This document shows, piece after piece, positions 28,648 through 38,137 of a stretch of DNA of 64,000 nt (its first letter is position 1; each line of letters opens with the position of its first letter). The notes below the pieces were generated by a model. It was not told the origin of the DNA. It did not search any database and saw nothing but the letters and a program-made list of their open reading frames with translations. Source of the DNA: an uncultured Methanosarcinales archaeon (GTDB taxonomy: Archaea > Nanobdellota > Nanobdellia > Woesearchaeales > ARS49); the NCBI GenBank assembly GCA_964353335.1, contig CAYGVI010000003.1, positions 419,694 to 483,693 on the forward strand, in the 5' to 3' direction. A program made the position numbers and the translations under genes.

Positions 28648-29070
28648 ATGCAAAAAAGAGGCAATATCGCGGTGTTTTTCGTAGTGCTGTTCATAGCGGT
28701 TATTGGCGTGCTTGTTATTTTCTCAGGCCCAAGCACCACAGGAATGGCATTCTGGGGTGCGCGCATGTCAAACCTTCCAGGAACCTGCGGAAGTGTCTGC
28801 CTGCATGACAGGGAATGCTCAGGCGAATGCGACAAGTGCTCGCCCTCAATGGGCAGGTGCATATCACTGAAAAAGAACTCGCCCGTCCAGCTTACAGAAA
28901 GGTATTCCTGGCGCAACATTGTGCGCTGCCAGAACAACTGCAATGACGCTTACAAGTGGTGCATGATGGCTGTGAAACGCCAGGCAGATATCACGAAATG
29001 CACTGCAAACAAGCCTTTGTGCATGAAGCAGTGTGACATCTTCCACATCCCTGGCGGAAAGACAGCATAG
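28648..29070 (+). CDS. small Cys-rich secreted protein with class III (pilin-like) signal peptide, family member
   Basis: MQKRGNIAVFFVVLFIAVIGVLVIFSG N-terminus, then about 100 aa containing 12 Cys. Confidence 0.45.
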   Translation: MQKRGNIAVFFVVLFIAVIGVLVIFSGPSTTGMAFWGARMSNLPGTCGSVCLHDRECSGECDKCSPSMGRCISLKKNSPVQLTERYSWRNIVRCQNNCNDAYKWCMMAVKRQADITKCTANKPLCMKQCDIFHIPGGKTA

Positions 29071-29173
29071 GCAAGCTTTAATTACCCCTTCTCGTTAATC
29101 TTTGTTGTCAAGAACCACCTGCTACCGCAGGTGGTGTGGTGACTATGATGAACAATTACGCAAGGAGGAGCAA

Positions 29174-29257
29174 GTGGTTCTTGAGCATGCTCGGAAACCG
29201 CTGGTACTCCTCCCACAGGTTTAAGCCAGAGGTGTCCGCACAAGCGGTTTCCGACAT
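29174..29257 (+). repeat. conserved structured 5' element, family A copy 1 (GTGGTTCTTGAGCATGCTCGGAAACCGCT...AGCGGTTTCCGACAT), immediately upstream of the PIN gene ATG
   Basis: Seen in sequence. Shares a 19-nt identical block with the copy at 7155-7219 and has a stem (GGAAACCGCT/AGCGGTTTCC) homologous to the copy at 62924-62990. Confidence 0.6.
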
Positions 29258-29650
29258 ATGAAAACAATTATCCTTGACACAAACTTCCTTGTAGACTGCC
29301 TTTCGTGGAAGGTTGACTTCTTCAGGGAGCTTGAGAGGATTATCCCATTCACTTACCGGCTGATGTCAGTTGACAAGACTCTTGACGAGCTTGATACCAT
29401 AATCACCAAGGGAAAGCCAGATGTCAAAATCGGTGCAAGGCTCGCAAACCAGCTCATAATGAAAAAGCGCATCGGAATAATAATTACAGACAAAAAAGGC
29501 TACACAGACACGCTTATTCTCAACGCCGCTGACAAGGACACGATTGTCGCAACACAGGACCAGGACCTGAAGCGCAAGCTGAAGGCAAAGGGAATTCCTG
29601 TTGTAATCATACGCCAGAAAAAATATCTGGAAATCATCCCCAAACCATAA
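29258..29650 (+). CDS. PIN-domain ribonuclease (Fcf1/Utp24-like)
   Basis: MKTIILDTNFLV N-terminus with the acidic residues expected of a PIN domain. 130 aa. Confidence 0.55.
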   Translation: MKTIILDTNFLVDCLSWKVDFFRELERIIPFTYRLMSVDKTLDELDTIITKGKPDVKIGARLANQLIMKKRIGIIITDKKGYTDTLILNAADKDTIVATQDQDLKRKLKAKGIPVVIIRQKKYLEIIPKP

Positions 29651-29740
29651 CCTTTAAAAAGCAACCTCTGTCCTCTCAGTCTATAATGAGATGCTTCGGC
29701 TTCTTTGGCTCGGGGCATTGATGCAAACCGAGGAAACAAA

Positions 29741-30328
29741 ATGTTTTACAAAATAACCGTGCAGGACCACATCAGGGTATCGCCAAGGTTCTTTGGCAAA
29801 GACCTGAAGGATGCAGTCAAGGCAGGAATCAAGCTAAAGTATGACGGCCTTATCGACCAGTCAATGGGTGTTGTTGTTGACGTCATTGATGTCAAGGAAG
29901 TCGGCGAGGGAGTCATAATCCCAGGAGACGGCGCAAGCTATTACGAGACAACTTTCGAGATACTCTCTTACAAGCCTGAACTGCAGGAAGTCGTTGTCGG
30001 CAGGATAAAGGACATCGCTGACTTCGGCGCGTTCATAACTTTGGGTCCGATTGACGGAATGATTCACATTTCGCAGACAATGGATGACTTTGTCTCATTC
30101 GCAAAGGACAAGGTCCTTACAGGAAGGGACTCAAAGAGATTCCTGAAGGTTGGAGACGTCTGCAGGGCTCGTGTCATTGCAGTGTCGTTCAAGGACCCGA
30201 ACAACCCGAAGATTGGATTGACAATGCGCCAGCTTGGAATGGGCAAGACAGACTGGGCAGCGGTTGCGGCACCGCCTGTAGCTGCAAAGGAAGAGAAAAA
30301 GGAAAAGAAGTCCAAGAAGGAGAAGTGA
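29741..30328 (+). CDS. rpoE: DNA-directed RNA polymerase subunit E' (Rpb7 homologue, S1 domain) with Lys-rich tail
   Basis: MFYKITVQDHIRVSPRFFG N-terminus and a C-terminal S1 fold. The tail reads AAKEEKKEKKSKKEK. Confidence 0.85.
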   Translation: MFYKITVQDHIRVSPRFFGKDLKDAVKAGIKLKYDGLIDQSMGVVVDVIDVKEVGEGVIIPGDGASYYETTFEILSYKPELQEVVVGRIKDIADFGAFITLGPIDGMIHISQTMDDFVSFAKDKVLTGRDSKRFLKVGDVCRARVIAVSFKDPNNPKIGLTMRQLGMGKTDWAAVAAPPVAAKEEKKEKKSKKEK

Positions 30329-30332
30329 AAAC

Positions 30333-30521
30333 ATGTCCAAAAAGAAATCATGCAAGAAATGCAAGCTTTTTGTCGATGGCGATGAATGCCCTGTCTGCCA
30401 CAGCGCCCAGTTTGTTTTGAACTGGAAGGGCAGGATTCACATACTTGACGCTAACAAGAGCGATATCGCAAAGAAAATGGGAATTGATGTCAAGGGCGAA
30501 TACGCAATTAAGGTGACTTAA
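30333..30521 (+). CDS. spt4: RNA polymerase subunit E''/Spt4
   Basis: CKKCKLFVDGDECPVCHS zinc ribbon. 62 aa, immediately downstream of rpoE. Confidence 0.75.
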   Translation: MSKKKSCKKCKLFVDGDECPVCHSAQFVLNWKGRIHILDANKSDIAKKMGIDVKGEYAIKVT

Positions 30522-31112
30522 ATGGACATTTCAATAAGCAAGACAAATGAAAATCCGTATCTTCAAAGGAAGGAAGTGCATGGCGAAATAAGCTTTACCG
30601 GCGCGACTCCTTCACAGAAGCAGTTGGCTGACGCTTTGGCGACAAAGCTCGGTGCAAAGGCTGAGGCAATATTTATCGTGCATGTTTTCACGAACTTCGG
30701 CAGCCAGAAGGCAGGTTTCGAGGCTCACATTTACCCAAGCAAGGAACTGCTTGAGAAAGTTGTAAAGCTTGGCAAGAAGGCAAAGGAAAAGATAGCAGGC
30801 AAGGCAGCTCCAGGAGCAGCCCCTGCAGCAGCGCCAGCAGCGGCTCCGGCAGCAGCACCGGCACCAGCGCCAAAAGCAGAAGAGAAGAAAGAGGCGCCCA
30901 AGAAGGAAGAGCCTAAAGCAAAGCCGGCAGAAAAGCCAGCTGAAGCAAAGCCTGCTGAAGCTAAGAAGGAAGAGCCGAAGAAAGAAGCAAAGCCTGCTGA
31001 AGCTAAGAAGGAAGAGCCGAAGAAAGAGGAGCCAAAGAAGGAAGCAAAGCCGGCAGAAAAGCCAGCAGAAGCTAAGAAAGAAGAACCCAAAAAGGCAGAG
31101 GTAAAGGTCTAA
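30522..31112 (+). CDS. rps24e: ribosomal protein S24e fused to a ~100-aa K/P/A/E-rich low-complexity tail
   Basis: The N-terminal 95 aa (NPYLQRKEVHGEISFTGATPSQKQLADALATKLG...FGSQKAGFEAHIYPS) match S24e. The tail is built from AAPAAAP and AKPAEAKKEEPKKE repeats. Confidence 0.75.
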   Translation: MDISISKTNENPYLQRKEVHGEISFTGATPSQKQLADALATKLGAKAEAIFIVHVFTNFGSQKAGFEAHIYPSKELLEKVVKLGKKAKEKIAGKAAPGAAPAAAPAAAPAAAPAPAPKAEEKKEAPKKEEPKAKPAEKPAEAKPAEAKKEEPKKEAKPAEAKKEEPKKEEPKKEAKPAEKPAEAKKEEPKKAEVKV

Positions 31113-31113
31113 A

Positions 31114-31305
31114 ATGGCAGACAAGAAAGCACCGAAAGGAATCTGGAACACGTACAAGAAGGAAGGCGACAAAGTCGTGAAAAAGAACAAGTACTGCCCG
31201 AAGTGCGGCTCTGGATTTGCTCTTGCCAGCCACAAGGACCGCCTTGTCTGCGGCGCATGCAACTACGCAGAATTCATCAAGGTTGAAAAGCAGGAAAAGA
31301 AGTAA
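31114..31305 (+). CDS. rps27ae: ribosomal protein S27ae
   Basis: CPKCGSGF...CGACN zinc ribbon. 63 aa. Confidence 0.8.
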   Translation: MADKKAPKGIWNTYKKEGDKVVKKNKYCPKCGSGFALASHKDRLVCGACNYAEFIKVEKQEKK

Positions 31306-32190
31306 TTAATTTTCTCCCTGCATTATAATAATGTCTTCTGTTGTTAATTTCTGGCCTTTTGCAAACTTTTCCTTGACTTCTGCCAATTTCTCAGAGAATT
31401 TCTTCTGCCTTTGATTGACGGTTGCGGCTTCTTTTTCCTTTCGCTCGGCAAAAAGCTTGGTATTCAGCTCTGCTGCCTGCTTCAAAAGCGCTCCAAGCTC
31501 TTCTGAGAGCTTTGCAATCTCTGATTTCCTGTGGCCAATGTCCTTTGTGAACGTGTCTCCCTGTCCGCGAAGCCCGTCAACTTTCCTGCTCTCCTCAACA
31601 AGCTGTTCGTGCTTCTGCTGGCTTAATTTTGCCTTTTGCTGAATCTGCCGGTGAATGTCATCTGCCTGCTCCTGCATTGTGTCAATGTCCTTGCTCATCT
31701 GGTGCGCAGCGTCCCAGACAGCGCTTGATGCCTTTGCCTCGTTATAGCGCTTCTTCAATTCCTTGATTTCCTTCATTATCGCCTTTTCTTTTTCAAAAGA
31801 AATCACATCTGTCTCTATTCTGTGCTCAAGCTTGTCCATCATCATCTTCAGATTGCCTGGATTTTCTTTCAGCCCGAGCTTTGCAGTGGCCTTTTTCTTC
31901 TCTGCATTGAGCTTTTTGGCTTCCTCAATCTTCTTCTTGATTATCTCATTCAGCCCTGTGCGGTTCTCCTTGAGCTTCTTGACTTCATCTGTCAAGGAAT
32001 CCCGCCCCTGCTTGAGCTGCTTTATGTCGTGTATTAAAGAAGAAATCTCCTTGCCGACAGGATTGCGCTGCTGGAAAGCCTTTTCCTTCTGGTCGTTTAA
32101 CTCGTTAAGTCTCTGCTTCAGCGCTTTGATACGTGGTTGAAGCTCATCCAGTTGTGCTTGAACAGCTTTTCTTTCCTCTAGTGTCAGCAT
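31306..32190 (-). CDS. coiled-coil protein, hypothetical (294 aa)
   Basis: Heptad-rich and K/E-rich along its whole length. Confidence 0.45.
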   Translation of the reverse strand: MLTLEERKAVQAQLDELQPRIKALKQRLNELNDQKEKAFQQRNPVGKEISSLIHDIKQLKQGRDSLTDEVKKLKENRTGLNEIIKKKIEEAKKLNAEKKKATAKLGLKENPGNLKMMMDKLEHRIETDVISFEKEKAIMKEIKELKKRYNEAKASSAVWDAAHQMSKDIDTMQEQADDIHRQIQQKAKLSQQKHEQLVEESRKVDGLRGQGDTFTKDIGHRKSEIAKLSEELGALLKQAAELNTKLFAERKEKEAATVNQRQKKFSEKLAEVKEKFAKGQKLTTEDIIIMQGEN

Positions 32191-32263
32191 AGAGCAGTGC
32201 CCCTAGCTCGTTGTAGGCTCGCAGCCGCTAGGCGCGTATAACTACGAGCCCTCAGCGTTCTTC

Positions 32264-32575
32264 TTATCCGAAGAGCGCGCTGAGGCCCGCAGCTGCAGCT
32301 TCTTCCTGCTTCTTGCCTTCCTCTGCGGACTTCTTTTCTTCTTTCTTATCTGCCTTTGCTTCGCCACCCGCGGGCGCAGCAGCAACAGCGACAGGTGCAA
32401 CAGCTGCTTTCTTCACTGCTTCGTCAATGTCGACGCCCTGCAATGAAGCAACCAGTGCCTTGATGCGCGCTTCGTCTGACTTGACGCCTGCTGCATCCAG
32501 CACTTTCTTGACTGTTGCCTCGTCCACCTTGCCGCCTGCCTTGTGTATTAGCATGGCCGCATAGATGTATTCCAT
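32264..32575 (-). CDS. rpl12: ribosomal stalk protein L12/P1
   Basis: [11 protein letters not shown]...[14 protein letters not shown]-terminal stalk motif. Confidence 0.85.
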   Translation of the reverse strand: MEYIYAAMLIHKAGGKVDEATVKKVLDAAGVKSDEARIKALVASLQGVDIDEAVKKAAVAPVAVAAAPAGGEAKADKKEEKKSAEEGKKQEEAAAAGLSALFG

Positions 32576-32697
32576 TTTTCATACCTCCTAAACATTATTG
32601 ATTGATTTTGATGTTTTGGAGACCCGCTGACCGCACTTGGCCTCAGCCAAGTCCGCCGACCGAAGTCGGCGACAGTCAGCGATGCCTCCGATAATTG

Positions 32698-33573
32698 TTA
32701 TTTTGGTATTTCTGATTGTAATGACATTGCCTCGCGCTCTGCCTTTGCCAAAAGGTCTCCCATAAGCTCTGGCTCTGTGACTCCGCCCTCAAGCGCAACC
32801 GCCTTTGCCTCCCTAAATGCCTTCTGGAGCAATGGCTCTGTTGTGTCCTTTGAAATATAGACAGATTCCATTGCGAGGTTGAACGCCCAGCTTGCTGCTG
32901 TTGTCAAATCACTCATGAACTTAACTTCGTCAATGTCAAGGACTGTCTTTGGATAGATTGTGCCTGCTTCGTAGACAGCGACAAGGTCAAGCCCGATTTC
33001 CATTGGCTCTATGCCAAGCCTTGCGAGCATTGACGCGAGCGCCAGCTTGATTGGCTGCCCTTCCTTGCATACCGTGCAGTCCTGCTTGACAGCAACCTTT
33101 CCGCCTTCCACTCCTGCCTTGATTCCAAGCTGTGCGAGCTCGCTGAGAACAGGTCCTGGCGCAAATGCCGTCGGTCCTGCAGGAACAATAAGGTCAAATG
33201 GGGCAAGCTGTCCTGCCTTTGCAGGTGCCTTGCTCTTGTTCTTCTTGATTGTCTTGTAAACCGCGAATGGGTTGTCTTTTGTGAAAATCAGCGCAGGCAT
33301 GTCTGGCAGTATTTTTTCAAGGTTTTCAACGCCCTTGTGCGTTGCCTTTAATTTTTCAAGCGCGAGCAGGATAAGGCTCTTCTTGCACATCATCATCTCG
33401 ACATTCTGCCTTAACTGCCCCCTCATTCGTGCCAGCTGTGCTGCAGGCAATGAGTGCATGTTAAGTATGCCTATGATTGGGAATTTCTTTGCCAGGTCCT
33501 GTATCTTCTTGATTACTGCCTTTTTCTCAGGCGCTGCATTGGAGGTTTTCTTTCCACGGTCCTTGCGGCTCAT
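32698..33573 (-). CDS. rpl10: ribosomal protein L10/P0
   Basis: The position between L1 and L12, the length, and the conserved N-terminal L10 region all agree. Confidence 0.8.
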   Translation of the reverse strand: MSRKDRGKKTSNAAPEKKAVIKKIQDLAKKFPIIGILNMHSLPAAQLARMRGQLRQNVEMMMCKKSLILLALEKLKATHKGVENLEKILPDMPALIFTKDNPFAVYKTIKKNKSKAPAKAGQLAPFDLIVPAGPTAFAPGPVLSELAQLGIKAGVEGGKVAVKQDCTVCKEGQPIKLALASMLARLGIEPMEIGLDLVAVYEAGTIYPKTVLDIDEVKFMSDLTTAASWAFNLAMESVYISKDTTEPLLQKAFREAKAVALEGGVTEPELMGDLLAKAEREAMSLQSEIPK

Positions 33574-34391
33574 GGTTTCGCCTCTGCCTTCTTTGTTTTT
33601 GGAGCTTTCTTTGGTTTTTCTTCGGCAGGCTTTTCCTTGGGAGCTTCCTTTGCCGGCTCTTCCTTCTTTTCAGGAGCTTCTTTATTTGCAACTGCGTGCG
33701 CAGCCTTTTTCTTTCCTGCCCTTTCCTCTGCTGTGGCTCCAACCTTGAAAGGCGGACCCATTGAAAGCTTGAGTATTATTGACTTGATGTTGTTGATTTC
33801 CTGTGGTAGTGCGTGCAGGACTGCATTGTAAACCAGCAGTATGTTCTCAATCAGCTTTTCATCAGGCATATCTTCCTTTCCGATTGAGCACTTTGCAGAC
33901 AATTGCGTCTTTGCGACAACGTGGAGAGTCCTCTTGAGCTTCTCTGTCAATGCCTTGAGGTTTGCGTTTGGCGGTACGACACATCCTGCCTTGGGGTTTG
34001 GCATCTTTCCCCGCGGGCCGAGAACGCGACCAAAGAATTTTGCAACGTCTGGCATGATGTTTGCCTGGGCGATGAACATGTCATTTGTCTTTGCGAGCTT
34101 CCTGATTTCTTTTTTCTTGCCTTCATACTTCTTGAACTCGTCGTGCATGATGACAAGGTCGCAGTTTGCCTTTGCCTGCTCCTGCATTTCAGGGCCGACA
34201 AGGGCGGCAATCTTGATAACATTGCCCTTAGGGTTTACCAAAGGAACCCAGACATCAACCTGTTCCTCTGGCTTCTTCAGGTCAAGCTCTTTGAGATTGA
34301 TAATAAGGTCAACGCTCTGCGCAAACTTTCTCTTAGGAGAACTAGCTTTCACTTGCTGCAATGTTTGGATGAATTCTTCTTTGCTAACCAT
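33570..34391 (-). CDS. rpl1: ribosomal protein L1 with ~50-aa K/E/P/A-rich C-terminal extension
   Basis: MVSKEEFIQTLQQVKASSPKRKFAQSVDLIINLK N-terminus. The tail is KEAPEKKEEPAKEAPKEKPAEEKPKKAPKTKKAEAKP. Confidence 0.85.
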   Translation of the reverse strand: MVSKEEFIQTLQQVKASSPKRKFAQSVDLIINLKELDLKKPEEQVDVWVPLVNPKGNVIKIAALVGPEMQEQAKANCDLVIMHDEFKKYEGKKKEIRKLAKTNDMFIAQANIMPDVAKFFGRVLGPRGKMPNPKAGCVVPPNANLKALTEKLKRTLHVVAKTQLSAKCSIGKEDMPDEKLIENILLVYNAVLHALPQEINNIKSIILKLSMGPPFKVGATAEERAGKKKAAHAVANKEAPEKKEEPAKEAPKEKPAEEKPKKAPKTKKAEAKP

Positions 34392-34508
34392 TATTCGACC
34401 CTCCTACTCAATTAAGAGTAGTTGACGGGAAGTAACTCTGGCTCACAGGGGGGTATTTATAAAACTTTCTGATACTGTCTGCATTGACAAAGCATTTTAA
34501 TAGTTGAA

Positions 34509-35138
34509 TTGTTCTCAAATGCGGATATGGCACAGATGCACCACAAAGACCTGCTTCGCCAGCTCGGTTTGATTGAGGATGCTGTTAAGCGGACACAAAC
34601 AGCAACTATGGGTTTGAAAGGAGCATTTGCTGCAGGGGTTGGCGAGGGATATGTTACAGGGCAGCGCGAACGCCTGAAAAGAGAATGCACTTTGCTGATT
34701 GGACTGATGAATCAGTTTGTTGATTCTCTGAATAATGTTCTTACGGAGTGCGATGTAATGCTCAAGTGGTTTATGAGCCTGCCAAAATCAGACCAAAGAA
34801 AAAGCCTGACCGGATACGGCTCCCCGCAGATTTCAGCGTCGCTGGACAGCGCCAAATCATCTGCAAACAAATTAATCCCCAAAGTCAAGACTTACCTCCA
34901 GGCATTCTTGCGATGCACGGCAAAACCATACCCTGATGCTTCAGAAGTTGAAGAATTAATAAACGCCTTGTTTAGGGATGTTGCAATTGTTTCTTTGACC
35001 AAAGGTGTGGTTGAAGATATGGACCAGGCAATGGAACTGCAAAGGGCTCTTGCCCCTGAACCCAGGGGCGCAAAGGAACGCGGGTCCTTTTTTGGCCGTC
35101 TTTTCGGCTTCAAGCCCAAGCCTGCTTATGCCAGATAA
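34509..35138 (+). CDS. hypothetical protein (209 aa)
   Basis: ORF only. No family recognised. Confidence 0.4.
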   Translation: MFSNADMAQMHHKDLLRQLGLIEDAVKRTQTATMGLKGAFAAGVGEGYVTGQRERLKRECTLLIGLMNQFVDSLNNVLTECDVMLKWFMSLPKSDQRKSLTGYGSPQISASLDSAKSSANKLIPKVKTYLQAFLRCTAKPYPDASEVEELINALFRDVAIVSLTKGVVEDMDQAMELQRALAPEPRGAKERGSFFGRLFGFKPKPAYAR

Positions 35139-35140
35139 AT

Positions 35141-35824
35141 TCACGCTTTCTGATACATTCCGACCTTGCCGAACTTGCCGATGTATTTCATCCCTTCAGC
35201 ACAGTCAAGATTGTCTCCTGGATTAAGCAGAAGCACGCTCTTTGGGGCAGTTCTTGGAAGTGCGCAATCCTGCAGGACCTTCTGCCAGTCATCCAACCCT
35301 GTCCTTTTGGGGTCATCAAGATATACTATGTGGTATTTTTTGTCGGTCGCTGTTGAGGGGTCGCGTTCTTTATTGGCAAAGTTTCCTATCGCACTGGGAA
35401 AGTTGTGTGGGAAGTTATATCTCATCAATTCAAGGCAGGGTATTGTCCGCAAATATTCCATCAGCTGTCCGTGATTGTGCTCTTTCTCAAAGTGGTTGTA
35501 ATCCAGTCTGCCTTCCCTGACAACTTTTTGCGGTGAATTGACAAGCAAATTGAGGATTATATTGTTGACTGCATCCTCCAGCTCAGAACGTGCGCAAATG
35601 TGCCTTTTTAGAAGGGGCATAATTCCTTCATACTGGGAAAAGTCCAGCTTTACAATATCAGGAAATCCTTCGAATTTAACAATGTCAATCTTGCCTGGAA
35701 CCGCGGCAAGGCGGCGTGAAGAAGTGCTTGGCAATACCTGCTTTGCTGGCTTGTATGGCCTTGGCGGCTGAGGTGCACCTGCTGCAGGCGGTCTTATGAT
35801 GTGTTTTCTCGGGTCAAATGGCAT
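35141..35824 (-). CDS. hypothetical protein (227 aa), Pro-rich N-terminus
   Basis: ORF only. No family recognised. Confidence 0.4.
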   Translation of the reverse strand: MPFDPRKHIIRPPAAGAPQPPRPYKPAKQVLPSTSSRRLAAVPGKIDIVKFEGFPDIVKLDFSQYEGIMPLLKRHICARSELEDAVNNIILNLLVNSPQKVVREGRLDYNHFEKEHNHGQLMEYLRTIPCLELMRYNFPHNFPSAIGNFANKERDPSTATDKKYHIVYLDDPKRTGLDDWQKVLQDCALPRTAPKSVLLLNPGDNLDCAEGMKYIGKFGKVGMYQKA

Positions 35825-35927
35825 TTTGCATCACTGCCTTCTTTTTCTCTGTATAGAAAGTAACCTTGATGGTCATTATAAAGATTTGCAGCGCTATCTG
35901 CAAATGCGTAGATAAGAATCCTGAAAA

Positions 35928-36368
35928 TTAGTTGTCGTACTGGCCGCCCTGCTGATATTCTTTTGGCAGGTTTGATGCGTCCTGATAGTTAGGGAAGCTG
36001 GTGGTGACGCCTGAGACGTCCTTTACTCCTGTGCTTTGAGTCATCAGCGCGCGTGTCCTTGCAAGAAGCGCATCCTTTCCGGTTACGCCTGTAGGTGCCG
36101 GAGGCATTCCTGTTGTCGCGACCTTGGGGCCTGTTGAAATAGTAACATTCTTCATCTGCTGCTGAAGCTCCTTAAGGGCATCTGCTGCTGACACGCCTGA
36201 ATCCTGAGCTGGAGTCGGTGTTGGCTGAGGCGCAGGTGCTGCTGCTTCGTTGACTGCTGCTGCTGTCGGTGTCCTTGCGCTCAATGGCTTTGCCTTCATC
36301 TGGTTTCCGCCACATGCTGCCAAAAGAACAAGCATCGCAATCACTGCCAAAACAATCACTTTCCTCAT
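35928..36368 (-). CDS. lipoprotein (lipobox LAAC|GG), Thr/Pro/Ala-rich
   Basis: Internal start MRKVIVLAVIAMLVLLAACGG. Confidence 0.45.
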   Translation of the reverse strand: MRKVIVLAVIAMLVLLAACGGNQMKAKPLSARTPTAAAVNEAAAPAPQPTPTPAQDSGVSAADALKELQQQMKNVTISTGPKVATTGMPPAPTGVTGKDALLARTRALMTQSTGVKDVSGVTTSFPNYQDASNLPKEYQQGGQYDN

Positions 36369-36473
36369 AACTCTTGCGAAGTAGAAACAAGTATTTATAG
36401 CTTTCGCATCAGGAGGGCAAACTTTATATACACAGTTTGGCAAGCTATCTAAAAAACATAAGAGAGGTGTATT

Positions 36474-36815
36474 ATGGACAAAAGAGGTTCGATTGAGCTT
36501 ATAATTCTGGGCTTGGTCGCGGTGATTGCACTTGTCGGACTTGTCATGCTTTTCTCAGGCAAGATTACTGGAGAGGCAACAGGGCCAATGACACGGGACA
36601 CATTCCCAACATCAGAGCCATTCCGCATTGTACAGCCAGGCGGATATGCCTGCGGATGCGACGGAGTATGCGCATACAGCAGCAAGATTGTCAGGGCTTC
36701 GCCAACAGTCACATCAGCGATTGCAGATGGAGAATCCACCTGCAGGACCATGCTTGAATCAATCTGCGGCGGACAGCCGATACTAAGATTCAACTTCGGC
36801 TGCGGAACAAGGTAA
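36474..36815 (+). CDS. small Cys-rich secreted protein with class III (pilin-like) signal peptide, family member
   Basis: MDKRGSIELIILGLVAVIALVGLVMLFSGK N-terminus, with a GAGAGG-type ribosome-binding site upstream. Confidence 0.5.
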   Translation: MDKRGSIELIILGLVAVIALVGLVMLFSGKITGEATGPMTRDTFPTSEPFRIVQPGGYACGCDGVCAYSSKIVRASPTVTSAIADGESTCRTMLESICGGQPILRFNFGCGTR

Positions 36816-36849
36816 ATTTTTACTTCTTTTTCTTTATGTTTTAGAATTC

Positions 36850-37563
36850 TTACTTCCCAAACCTTCTTTCCCTTTGCGAGAATTCCTGAATCACTTTTAC
36901 CAGGTCTTCCTTTTCCATTTCAGGCCAGGTTTTGTCTACGAAGAACCACTCGCTGTAATGGCTCTGCCAGATTAGGAAGTTGCTTGTCCTGTGCTCTCCG
37001 CCTGTCCTGATTATCAGGTCAGGCTCTGAGTTAAGATACAAATACTTGCCAAACACCTCTTCATTCAGCTTTTCAATGTCAACTTTTCCTGCCTTTATGT
37101 CCTCTCCAAGCTTTTTCGCGGCGTCAATAACTTCCTCACGGCCGCCATATGCCATCGCGAAGTTGGCCACGAACGGCTTGTTTTCCTTGGTCAGTCCCAT
37201 TAACGTTCTCATTCCCTTCTGGATATTCTCTGGGAACATCCCAATCCTGCCGATAAAATTGATCCTGACCCCGTTTTTCCTCAATTCCTCAACTTGCTCA
37301 GGTGTGGAAAGCGCGGTAAATTCCTTGTCAAAGGTGTCCATCAGGAAATCAAACTCCTGTTTTGGCCTGTTGAAGTTCTGCATTGAAAAGCAGTATGCGG
37401 TTACCTCCTGCACTCCGAGCTCCCGGCTCCAGTCAAGGAACTGCCTGATTTTTTTAGCGCCCCAATCATGCCCCATCCACGGCTTCATCACCAGTTTTTT
37501 CGCAAACCTTCTGTTTCCGTCAAGGATAACTCCGATGTGCCTTGGAACTTTTTCCGGAATCAT
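36850..37563 (-). CDS. uppS: undecaprenyl/di-trans,poly-cis-prenyl diphosphate synthase (cis-prenyltransferase)
   Basis: HIGVILDGNRRFA and the RTGGEHRTSNFLIWQ motif. Confidence 0.9.
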   Translation of the reverse strand: MIPEKVPRHIGVILDGNRRFAKKLVMKPWMGHDWGAKKIRQFLDWSRELGVQEVTAYCFSMQNFNRPKQEFDFLMDTFDKEFTALSTPEQVEELRKNGVRINFIGRIGMFPENIQKGMRTLMGLTKENKPFVANFAMAYGGREEVIDAAKKLGEDIKAGKVDIEKLNEEVFGKYLYLNSEPDLIIRTGGEHRTSNFLIWQSHYSEWFFVDKTWPEMEKEDLVKVIQEFSQRERRFGK

Positions 37564-38084
37564 GGTGCCTCTGGATTAATATTTTGTTTATAAGTATTGT
37601 GAATTTTTTCAAAAAGCTGGACGAAAACCTCGTGAGGGACACTAAGCCCTGCCTCAAGGAGCACATTTGCGAGCTCTTTTCCAACAACTTCTTCTGTGTT
37701 TTCTGATGGTATGAATCCAACTGCCTGTTGCAGGGTATGCTGGCAGAGGAATCCTTCGTGCATTGAAATAACAGCAGGGTTTGTCCTGTTGATTACTTTC
37801 AGCTCAGCAAGGTCTGCAAGCACCGTTCCTTGCATCAGCATACTTTGCGAGCCTTCCTGAAAGCCATACTGCAAAAGAGTCCATTTTGCAATAGCCCTTA
37901 CTGCATCAGAGTAAGAAGTTTCTTTCAGTTCAGGCGCAGGAAGCTCTGCTGATTTGACTGGCTTGATAATCTTTCCAAGATATGCCTTGACTTTCTGCCT
38001 CGAGCCCTTGGCTGTCCATGTATTCTCAACAAGATAGCCGTATTCGCTTCCTTTGATTTTCTTGATTCGTACAAACCCGCCCAT
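37560..38084 (-). CDS. hypothetical protein (174 aa)
   Basis: ORF overlapping the uppS start by 4 nt, which suggests an operon. Confidence 0.4.
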   Translation of the reverse strand: MGGFVRIKKIKGSEYGYLVENTWTAKGSRQKVKAYLGKIIKPVKSAELPAPELKETSYSDAVRAIAKWTLLQYGFQEGSQSMLMQGTVLADLAELKVINRTNPAVISMHEGFLCQHTLQQAVGFIPSENTEEVVGKELANVLLEAGLSVPHEVFVQLFEKIHNTYKQNINPEAP

Positions 38085-38137
38085 CGTAAAACAAAGAAGT
38101 CCTTAGGCACTATATAAAGTTTTAGGATGAGAAAAAC

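Noticed and set aside
29082-29267. 61-aa minus-strand ORF overlapping the family A element
   Set aside because: It overlaps a conserved non-coding structured repeat whose other copies are read in different frames. It has no coding-like composition and is antisense to the PIN gene start region.
30612-31262. 216-aa and 119-aa minus-strand ORFs antisense to the S24e tail
   Set aside because: These are low-complexity (Leu/Phe/Cys- or Gly/Ser/Ala-rich) translations of the reverse complement of the KPAE repeat, the classic antisense artefact.
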